Shown one piece after another: positions 50,723 to 61,664 of a stretch of DNA of 64,000 bases; positions within the stretch are counted from its first letter, which is position 1; each line of letters begins with the position of its first letter. Origin of the DNA: Podarcis pityusensis (lineage: Eukaryota); NCBI GenBank assembly GCA_964106645.2, contig OZ067044.1; one strand, written 5' to 3'. A model generated the notes under the pieces. The model saw nothing but the letters and a program-made list of their open reading frames with translations, was not told where the DNA came from and ran no database searches. Made by a program: the position numbers and the translations under genes.

Positions 50723-53125
50723 CTGGACTATGATTAAGCCTTCATTGTTCAAGTTTAAATCTTCACCAGGTAGGATTGGATCCTTTGCCTCACAAGCCTC
50801 TTTATTGCTCAGAGTATTGGAATAATTTGCCTTTCTAGAGTCTGTAGTGAGAGAAACCTCCTGGCAGTAGGAGTGCAGAAATGCTCGGACTCCATCGATC
50901 CCCACAAACTGTGAGATAGGAGCCCCACTGAAATTCACACTCCCCGACTCAAGCAGCTGAGAATTTCTCCACCTGTGCAACTTGATGGCCAGTAACACAA
51001 GGAGGAAGATGAGGAACAAGCAGGAGACAAAAGCCACTGCAAGGACCAGGTAGAAGGTGAGGTCAGACGGAGGCTCTACAGGAGCTGAGATGCTGCTAAG
51101 GTCTGAGAGGATTGCAGGGATGGTGTCAGCCAGCACCACAGTCAGAGTGGCTGAAGCAGAGAGAGGTGGCTGCCCATTGTCCTTCACTAAAACCACCAGG
51201 CTTTGCTTGAGGGCATCTTTCTCCAGAAAGAAGCGGGCCGTCCTGATCTCTCCCGTGTGGAGCCCCAGAGTGAAGAGCCCTGGCTCGGTGGCCTTGATCA
51301 GCTGGTAGGAGAGCCAGGCATTCTGGCCAGAGTCCGCATCCACGGCCACCACCTTAGTGACCAGGTAGCCTGGCTCAGAGGAGCGAGGGGCCAGCTCTAT
51401 CCCTGTGGAGCCGTCGGTGGGAGGGGAGGGGTACAGGATTTGGGGAGCATTGTCATTCTGGTCCAGGATGAAGAGAGTCACTGAGACGTTGGAGCTGAGT
51501 GGTGGAGAACCTCCATCCTGAGCCTTTACACGGAACCGAATGTCTCGAAAGTCTTCATAATCAAAGGAGGTCAGAGCATATATAACCCCCGTCTCAGAGT
51601 TAATGGAGAGGTAGGAGGAGAGGCGGGAGTCACTTCTTTGGTCATCAGTGATGGAATATGTTATTCTGGCATTTTCTTCCCAGTCAAGATCATTTGCTCT
51701 TAAGGAAGAGACCATGGCTCCTCTTTGGTTATTCTCAACAAAATAGAAAGTATAGTCTGTTTTTTCAAAGAGGGGTGGGTTGTCATTTGTGTCTAAAACA
51801 TGAAGTGTGATAACTGTGACTGCAGAAAGAGGGGGGACTCCATGGTCAGTAACAGTGACAGTAATATTGAAGACTGACACCTGTTCCCTGTCAAGGGCAC
51901 CATCAGTCACCAAACTGTAAAAGTTATCCATGGACTTCTTTAGCTGGAAAGGGAGGTTGCTAGGGATTGAACATGTGATTTCCCCATTGATTCCTGAATC
52001 TCTGTCTTGGACATTTAATATGGCAATTACCGTTTGGGATGGTGAACTTTCAAGTATGGTGTTGGTGGCAAAGTTAACTGATAATTCGGGTGCATTGTCA
52101 TTCAGATCCGTAATTGATATCACAACTTTTGATCTGTCACTCAGGCCTCCTCCATCTTTGGCTTGTATCTCAAATGCATATAAAGATGATTCCTCATAAT
52201 CAAGATTCCCAATAAGGATGATTTCACCAGTTGTGGAATTTAACAGAAACATTTGGGAGTCCTTCTTTGTGATTTGTTGGAAAGAGTATCTAATGTCTCC
52301 ATTGATTCCTTCATCCATATCAGTGGCTCTCGCTGTCAAAACTGTGGACCACTTGGGGATATTCTCATTGACACTCACTTCATAGAGAGGTTGGCTGAAA
52401 ACTGGTGCATTGTCATTTGCATCAATAACAACAATGCGGATTTCTAATGTGCCAGATCTGATGGGATCACCTCCATCAGTAGCTATGAGGAGCAAATCGT
52501 AAGCTGATTGTTCCTCTCTGTCCAGTGATTTTTCCAACACAAGTTCAGCAAGTCTGACACCATTTTCTTCTGTTTGCACATGCAAAGAAAAATGGCTGCT
52601 GCCTGTGAGTTGATAGCTCTGCACTGAATTTATCCCCCAATCTGGATCTTGAGCTTTGGGTAGAGGGATCTGGAATCCAGGCATAGATGCCTCATTGATT
52701 TCCAGCTCCTGTTCCCATAGAGGGAAGTGGGGAGCATTATCATTTATATCCGTAATTTCCACTTCAATTCCATAAAGCTTCAATTTGCTTTCAACAAGAA
52801 CCTGAAACTTCAACATACATTTCTCTGCCTCTCCACAAATTTCCTCTCTATCTATTCTCTCAGATATTTGCAAATGGCCATTGTTGGCATTCAAAGAAAA
52901 GTACTGAATCATACCTACAGGGTAAACAATGCGGAGTCCATGGTCTGGGAGCTGCTTGCCATCCATTCCCAGGTCCTTTGCAACATTCCCCACGGAAGAG
53001 CCTTTGTGCAACTCTTCTGGAATGGAGTAGTGGATCTGCCCAGAAACTGCCTTCCAAGAAAACATCATGAAAAGGCACTGGAAGATTCCCTTTCTGCAAT
53101 TCCACAGCCTCTGAGTTCCTTCCAT
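50723..53125 (-). CDS. PCDHGA: Protocadherin gamma-A-like variable exon 10
   Basis: ORF 50711..53125 has gamma-A signatures. Donor CAG|GTGAGC at 50723/50722 gives 801 codons. Confidence 0.95.
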
Positions 53126-53312
53126 GCTTGCAGCAGGTTAAAGGCTCTTATGTTCTGGTTCAAATGATGCTGTATCCAATTTTTTTAAAGAAAAATGCAC
53201 TTCTGCTTCTTCTTTACACTGACAAGCAGCTTGTTCCTTCAGATATTTTGTGCTTGTGTTTAACGGAAAGGCAACTTCGACTGGGCAGGATTTCTCATTT
53301 CTCCTCCATTCT

Positions 53313-53352
53313 GGTGAACAGTGACACCCAGAGGATCAAGCCCAAACTGCAA
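53313..53352 (-). promoter_or_regulatory. CSE/CTCF-type site for exon 10 (CACT variant)
   Basis: TTGCAGTTTGGG..CTCTGGGTGTCACTGTTCACC. Confidence 0.8.
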
Positions 53353-55261
53353 AAACCACTTTTGAAAATTAAATAAACACCATTTCACTGTACTACTGCT
53401 ATTATTTGCAGCTATAGCTAGGATAACTTTACTCTTTTCCCTTAGAATTTACCCAGTCAGGCTAAATAAGAGTGAGGACTTTTGTTGCTGTAATTGAAAA
53501 GCAGGAGAAAAGACAAGGGTGTTTAGGGTTCCTGCCCTACCCCATTACTGGAAATTCTGGAATAAATGTTATGGATCTTTCTCAGCAATGTTTTCGGCTG
53601 GCTTTTCTAAGGAAATATTCAATAGATTTTTTTTCTTGATGGAGAAACACCACTAGTAAACCACCAGTACATCTTTACTACCTCTGGCACTTCACTCCTC
53701 TCCTTAATTTATTGCTCACATTGTGCCTAGAAGAAAATAAAGCCAAGACGAATGCTATTAAAGCCAATTATTATTACTACACCACTTCACATTACAGAGA
53801 TAAAAAGAAGCAGGAAGAGATTGGTGGCACATGCAATGGGGTGGAGCTGTGGAGCCACCCTCCAACACTAGTGTTGTTGCTGGGACTTACCTGGTCAGGG
53901 CTGGGCTGACACAACTGTGTGGTTGGGGCTGTGCAGGTGCACCAGCAGCCGTGCTATATGTTCCCACAGTTAAAAGCACATGACTCCAGCCTCACTGCTG
54001 CCCCATCCAGGTAGGCAACAGTGTAAGGGGGTGGAGTGAATTCACCAGCTGTCCATCACCATGCATGTCACTACTGCAGGTGGGTAACTTTCAATGGCAG
54101 CTTATGAGCTTATGTGTGACAATCAGTTGTCAAGCTCAGAACAAGCATTATTAAAAACTAGCATGTGATGACCTGTTAAACAGTAGAGGTAGATGGTTTT
54201 CAGTCATCTTTCTTGGAGACCTTGATGCTCTTCTGCTTCTTGTTGCACATAATCAGCAGGACTACTAAAACTGCTATACTGAATTTGCTCAATGCTTTCC
54301 CCCAGAAGACAGAAAATCAAGCATCCGATCCACCAAGCAATGCCATAAAAGTTTCTTTCAAAATTAGTCTTCATCTCTCACTACAGAATATGCACTGGCA
54401 ACAAACTTTTTGACACATTAGGCATGATCCAGCATGAATGTATATGAAGCAGCAAATACAGGGGTGTGCAGCTTGTATGTCCTTGAAAGATTGTCTTTCC
54501 ATGGGAAAGCATTCCCAGCCAAAGAGGTGAGAGGGCATCTAACAATGTTATGACTCAATAATCATTTGTCACCTATGTTACTACAGCATGGAAGCATGAC
54601 TGGCGATGGTATAGGTAGAAATACTAGCCTCATGCACACTCACCTACATACATACTGATGACCACAACTCTTCCAACTGGTCATAATTTCTAATCATACA
54701 TTGCAAATGCTCTTAGCTGTTCTGACTGTTAAGCAAAGGGGGAAGGAGATTTTGGGTTCATGATGCAGACATATTTGGGTCAGCATATAAGTCAATACAG
54801 GGACCACTGTTTTTCCCTATTGCTCATTGCCTGTGTTTTGTCTTTCTAGTATATGGTTTTTGGAGGTGGGGAATTTTTAAATTTATTTAAAATAATTATA
54901 TAGTCCCTGTCCCACACTCAAAGAATATCTAGGTTGTGTATAATATCACATATAAGCACCAGTTCAATGCAATAAAATGCATAATAAAGTACAGTATATA
55001 ATACTGTTGTCAGCAATTTAGTGGAGTTGAACACCAATGGCCAGCAAATACTTGGTCACATAGATACGTCTTTAAATGTTGATGAAAACACTGCACTGTA
55101 CATTACTATTGAATTCAAAAGGGCAGACTGTTCCGCTACAGAGAATGCCATCCTCATGGTTGCCAGAACATGTACTGATGCAGGTAATGAGACCACCAGG
55201 AATATCTCCACTGAAGATCTTGGTGAACAGATGAAATGATATGGGAACAATCATATCATGT

Positions 55262-55413
55262 GTGGAGGAGTCTCCTTCTTTGGAGGTCTTTAAGCAGAGG
55301 CTTGACAACCATATGTCAGGAGTGCTCTGATGGTGTTTCCTGCTTGGCAGGGAGTTGGACTCGATGGCCCTTGTGGTCTCTTCCAACTCTATGATTCTAT
55401 GATTCTATGATTA
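55262..55413 (+). mobile_element. CR1 LINE 3' fragment
   Basis: tctccttctttggaggtctttaagcagagg...cttccaact followed by the (ATTCTATG)n tail diagnostic of CR1. Confidence 0.88.
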
Positions 55414-55519
55414 TCTTGAACAATCTTGTGCTAAGTTGTTTTAGAAAGGATGAGGTAACATGTTGGAGAATTTAGGAGTGCTTCATTAATCTTTTGTGAT
55501 ATATTGGGACAGTCTCCTT

Positions 55520-55667
55520 TGGGAAGTTGTGGACTCTCCTTCCTTGGAGGTTTTTTTTAGCAGAGGTTGGATGGCCATCTGCCATGGATGCTCTAGCTGA
55601 GATTCCTGCATTGCAGGGGGTTGGACCAGATGACCCTTGGGTCCCTTGCAACTCTATGATTCCATGA
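55520..55667 (+). mobile_element. Second CR1 LINE 3' fragment (different subfamily)
   Basis: ggactctccttccttggaggtt...agcagaggttggatggccatctg...ggtcccttgcaactctatgattc. Confidence 0.85.
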
Positions 55668-56709
55668 GAGACAGATAACTTGCCCCACTCATTCATCAAA
55701 CAAAGGTTGTGCATGAGCTCTATTCATTCTGCAACCAGGAATAACCAGTCACAGGACCTGAGGAGTGTTTTACAACTGACAGCTTCCATCAATGCTTCAC
55801 CATAACATACATTGGGCTTTTCCAATCAGACCCAACTGTGTATGAGTTTTAATTTGTTTTAATCTATTCTGTTGTGTTTTAAACTTTCTGTGTGCTTTAA
55901 ATTATGGTTGTATTTTTAAATATTATTTATATTCATTTTTAATAATATAAGAGTTTAACAATGTAGAACATTTATATAAGCTCAATCTGAAAAATACAAA
56001 TATACAGATCTCCATTGTTCGTTTAAAACTTTCTTGTCTCAAACCACAAAACAGCCTTTTTGTTCTGCCTTCAGCCCTTTAATGTTCAATTTCCCTTCCC
56101 TTCTTCTTGAAGCCAAAAAGCAGCTCACCCACTGAATGTAAATTATCACCAGCTGATGGACAAATCTCCCTCGGTTATAAATTATAACTGTCCCAAAAAT
56201 AATTAAGAAAGGGAGGCTTTTGCAGATCCCATACCCATCACAGTTCTTTCAAGGCTTTGGGGCAAGATGTAAATTCCTCAGAGCTGAGAGCTCAAGTCAC
56301 TTAACCCCCATCCGAGTTCCTAGGATCAGACTGCTTCTTGGTCTCTTGAACACAGAAAACAGCTTTTTCAAAGCACCAGGGATTAATCTCTTGTTCACTC
56401 TTTTTTCCAAAATGAATATGGGAACCAAGACTTATGTCTGGCTATCATCAATCACCATGTAATTATCTCTGTTGGCAGACCGCCAACAAAAGATACTCAA
56501 TGCACTATTTCTTTCCCCACAACACATAAAAAACTCCCCACAAACTTCCTAATATTTACTTTAAAAATAAGGAGAAGTTGGCCAATAAATAGAAAATTTT
56601 CAAACTTCTTGAAGAATATACAATGTAGTATTTTTTGATGTCTGTTTTTCTGGGGGTTTTTAAGACAGAACATTAAAATAGCTACATATTCAATTTTAGT
56701 CATACTACG

Positions 56710-56766
56710 AAGGAAGGAAAGAAGGAAGGAAGGAAGGAAGGAAGGAAGGAAGGAAGGAAGGAAGGA
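56710..56766. repeat. (GGAA)n microsatellite
   Basis: Direct reading. Confidence 0.95.
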
Positions 56767-57089
56767 TAAGCACTGTCTCCACTCAAACATGCTATGTCAT
56801 CCTGTGGTCCGAGATTCTCACCCTAAGTCAGCATGCAAATGTGCATCTGCATAATTCTAACTGAGGCTCCCCCCAACTTGCAATTTTGCCCTTCAACAAC
56901 TGCTAGAAGGCCCATTCCATTAGCTTGATCTGCAGCAGTAGCAGCTCAGTACTACCCCATACCTACTTCCCTGGTGACATGGCATGAATTGTCTGGAGTG
57001 CCAGTTTGATAACATCCACTCTTTACAAATATACTCTCAAACAAGTGACAACACCAAATTCCCTATAAGGAACATGAAATATAACTCAC

Positions 57090-59519
57090 CGTGCTGTCAT
57101 TTTCCTTTTCAGAAATTAAATTGCCTCCGCTGACCATCAAGGAAATGTCAGGGTTGCCATTGCAAAGGCTGTTCTCTGCTATTTGGACAGTGGGCTGCAG
57201 GAATGTCAACTCATTCCTCCTGGATTCAGAGGACAGACAGACCTGGTAGGAATAAGGCAAAGTTCCGTCCTCATAATTGGGTGGGAATATGGCACCAGCC
57301 TTTGAATGGGGGTCAGGAATAAAGCACTGAAGGAAAGTGGGGTTCCTTGACCTTCGAAGCTTCATCAGAATGGTCAGAATCACCGTCACCAGGAACAGAA
57401 AGGACACCAAGGTCAAGGCCAATACCAAATAAAACTGTAGATCAGACTGATACTCTGAGTCATTTGGTTGGGAGTTCATTTCTGGAAGAGCCTCCTGGAA
57501 GTTCTCAGCAAACACCAGGCTCAAAGTTGTGGTGGCTGAGAGAGGAGGATGCCCATTGTCCTTCACCAGGATGACCAGCCTCTGCTTCACTGCATCTCTC
57601 TCAAGTAATGCTCGGACTGTTTGCACCTCTCCTGTGTGGGAGCCAATGCTGAAGAGTGAGGGCTCTGTGGCCTGCAGGAGATGGAAGGAGAGCCAGGCAT
57701 TGTGTCCCGAATCAGAGTCCACGGCCACCACCTTCGTCACCAGATAACCCGACTCAGCTGACCGAGGCACCATCTCAAAGAAAGTGGAGCCCTCGGTTGA
57801 TTGTGAGGGGTACAGGATCTGCGGAGCGTTATCATTTCGGTCCAAAACACATACTGTCACTGTGGCACTGCTATTGAGTGGTGGAGAACCTCCATCTTGG
57901 GCCTTCACTTGAATCTGAAACTCCCTGAATTGCTCATAGTCAAAGGAGCGTTGGGCATAGATGATTCCAGTCTCAGAGTTAATGGAGACATAGGAGGAGA
58001 GAGGCAGGTCGTTGATGTTGCTGTGAAGGATGGAGTAAGTGATTCTGGCATTGCGATCCAGATCTGGGTCAGAGGCCTTGACGTGGAAAATTGAAGCTCC
58101 AGATGGGTTGTTCTCTGGAACGTAGGCAGTGTAGGAAGATTTTTCAAAGGCTGGTGGGTTATCATTGATATCTGAGATCTGTATTGATATGGTTTTGTGT
58201 GTGGAGAGTGGAGGTGTGCCTTTGTCTGAGGCTATGATTGTAATATTATACTCGGGAGTCCTTTCTCTGTCAAGGGCACCATCTATGAGAAGCTTGAAGT
58301 AATGATCTGAAGATGAGACTATCAGGAATGGTACAAGTTCCTTCAGGTGACAGGTGACTTCTCCATTATCCCCAGAATCCCTGTCCTGAACTTTAATGAG
58401 AGCAATCACAGCTCCAGATGTGACATCTTCTGGAACTGGGCTGGACACGGAGGTAAGGATCACATCTGGAGCATTGTCATTCTCATCAAGAACCTCAATC
58501 TCCACATTGCAATGTGCCGCCAAGCCTCCTCCATCACTTGCCTGAATTATCATCACATAATATTGACTTTCTTCAAAATCAACACTTTCTATGAGTGTAA
58601 CTGTTCCGTCTCTGGGATCCAGATGAAACTTCTGCTTGGCTGTTTTTGGGATGTCACTGAAAGTATAAGTGATCTCAGCATTTGACCCTTCATCACTGTC
58701 AGATGCTTTGACTTGAAGCACAAAGGTTCCTTTGGGTGCACTCTCCTTCAGGCTCACTTTATAGATTGCCTGGGTGAAAACAGGGGCATTGTCATTAATA
58801 TCAATAACTGTTACCAATATTTTGGCTGTTCCGGTTTTTGGAGGTTCTCCGCCATCCATGGCTGTAAGGACCATGTGGTGCATCTGTTCCTTTTCCCTGT
58901 CCAGTTGTTTCTGCAATGTTAATTCTGCATATTTGCCACCATCATTGCCAGCTTTAATTTCTAGTTTGAAATATGGAGTTGAGCTCAGCTGATAATTCTG
59001 GAGGGAGTTCATTCCGATATCATCATCTTCAGCATTTCCAAGAGCAAATCGAGTTCCTGGCAGAGTAGATTCACTAAATTTAAGCTCAATATTTTCATTC
59101 TGAAAATGTGGAGCATTATCATTGATGTCCTGGATAAAAATATTTACGTGGAAAATATTCAAAGGATTGTGTGCCACAACTTCTAATTTGAGGACACAAG
59201 TAGATGATTTACCACAAATCTCTTCCCGGTCTATTCTCTCATTCACATACAGGTTACCATTTTGTTCATTCAGATCAAAGAATTGCTTTTCTGAAGAAAT
59301 ACCAAGCTTGCGCTTTGACAGCTCTCTGACATCCAACCCCAGATCTTTAACAAGGTTCCCCACAAAGGAGCCCTGCTCTGCTTCCTCTGGAACTGAATAC
59401 TGAACCTTCTCAGACACTACCTGGCAGCAGAACACAGACCAGAATATGAACAGAAACAGTACTTGCCTCTTGGTGATCTCCCTTGTTCTCTCTGCTTGCT
59501 TTACTTCCATGACATCCAT
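57090..59519 (-). CDS. PCDHGB: Protocadherin gamma-B-like variable exon 11 (subfamily B3)
   Basis: ORF 57063..59519 is a close paralog of exon 9. Donor ACG|GTGAGT at 57090/57089. Confidence 0.95.
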
Positions 59520-59752
59520 TGCATTTCCTGATTTCTTCCTTCTTTCAGTATAGTTTGCAAGACTCCCAGTACACTAATGTGAGATAGTACCAATACCGTT
59601 CTTTTGAGCTGATTCTTGGGAAACTGAGAGCTTTCCTTTCTTGAGCAGCTTTTAAAATAAAAGCTTTTCCTTTCTGCTCAGCTGAAGTGTTAAGAGAGAG
59701 AAAGACTGCTCCAAAAGTCTCAGAAATGCTGAGCCATGGCTGCTCCCACGTT

Positions 59753-59792
59753 GTCCAACAGTGACACTCTGAGTCCACATGGGGAACTGTAT
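59753..59792 (-). promoter_or_regulatory. CSE/CTCF-type site for exon 11 (CACT variant)
   Basis: Identical to the exon 9 element. Confidence 0.78.
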
Positions 59793-61664
59793 TTGCCATT
59801 TCAATAATGGTACATAGTATATAATTTCTAATGTAGAGAACTGCTTTTGATTTACCCTTTACCATTGTTTTCAAGTTGTACCCCCCTCAATGGATTATTG
59901 ATCAGACCTTATAGTTATTCACTCCATAAAGAGCTTTTTTCAGTATGCGGGTCAATGAGACCAGAGTTCCAAACTTCTTTCTTCCATGTTTAATGTGCAT
60001 TAAAAAAATCTAAACAATATTAAGAAATTATCACAAGTGAATTTTTAATACGTATTCCCGTCAGAGGTTCAGCTTGTGATAATTTTAGGTTGACCCACAC
60101 AGTGATGTGTGCATTTCATTAATGTTATCAAGAGGATTTGCCACTTGTATTTACAATAAGGAAAAGCAACTTTTTTTAGCACTATTTTTGTCTGGTGTTC
60201 AAATACTGTATTCCCTAAATAATTCCCACTTTCTCTTAAATATCAAACAATTTTGTGGGAATCCAAGCATCCTCTCAGCATACTTTGCATTGTCCAATTC
60301 ACACATTAGTAGAACTTCAGGATAGTCCTTCAAGGACATTGCCAGATATGGTCACCCAAACAACTCCCCCAAATTTCAGCACGTTACCATTCATTGTTTC
60401 CTTACAGGAACAAAAAACCCCCACATGCCTCATAAACTGCATCAATTTTTGCAATTGTAGGGTGTTTACAACTCCAGCAATGATAGCATTTTTTAAAATA
60501 GAAAAATGCCAGCAAAATTTCACCAAAGAGCTCTGGAATCAAACCAGCTTACAGTTACATTACAAAGGAGTAAATAAACTTGCACTCACATTTCCATTGA
60601 TGTACCCATTGTAGGAGTGTGGAACTACCTAGAAGAACACACCATCCGCTGAAGCTGTTTCCATTCATTTTACAGAGAAGGCAACACATGACACCTTATC
60701 CTGGGTTCAAAATTCTACCTCTACCTTACACTAGAAATCTCAATAGAGTAGAAAATACAAACCCCCAAACCATTTGTTTGTTGCTGCTGTAGTTCAATAG
60801 CGGATGAAGGTTGCAAGTTACAAAGGAGCATTATGCAACCAATCTTACAATACAATTGCTTGTAAATATATTTACAGAGTCCCCTCACCATTGAATCTTC
60901 TCATTTTATCATACTAAAATATACAAACAGCCAAAATATCTCAGCCAATAAAAGAGTTTAGTAAATTCATTATTATTTTTCTTAAAAAAAGAAGTCTTGT
61001 GGCAATGAGAATCTCAGTATCAGCTTATTGGTGGGCAGTTGGGTATGTAGTGGAAAGAAGTTATTGGTGGAAAGATGGGGATAAGAACTTGTCATAGGAT
61101 ATTAGGCCCTGGTTTTCATTGAGGCGGCATGACTAAAACTTATCAGCACCAAGGCGAGTGAGGGCTCGCATTTATATACTTATTTATTGATACAGATTTT
61201 TTAAACCACCCACTATTTGGAAGTGTAATAAAAATATGAAATAAAATCCAAATACAACATTCAAAGCTAAACAAATTAGAATCAATCTCACAGGAACTCA
61301 CCTACTGCACATGAAAATAGGATGAGCCTAGCCTTCTCCTATACATCTCCTAAACATGATAGTTTCAATATGTAGTGAACTATGTTTTTTTATAGATGTG
61401 CACAACATCCTGTGAGCCTCCACCAGCAGTCCAAAGTAAGAGACAAAGACAGATTATCTGATGCATCAAGATAAAGATTTGTTGAAAGAAGATACTTCAC
61501 AGAAGGATCACATATAAAGTAAAAACTAAAAGAGGGGGGAGCTGAAAGTAATAGAAAGAAGACTGACATAGTTCTGAATATAATGAGAAAGCAGAGGCAG
61601 ACAGGAAATATATTCTAATATTAAGAAAACAAAAAATTACGTTAATCTAATATTGTTTGCTCAC

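Noticed and set aside
59545-59874. 109-aa upstream ORF over the exon 11 promoter (84 aa at exon 9)
   Set aside because: It spans the CSE, starts upstream of the likely transcription start, and recurs only through the segmental duplication.
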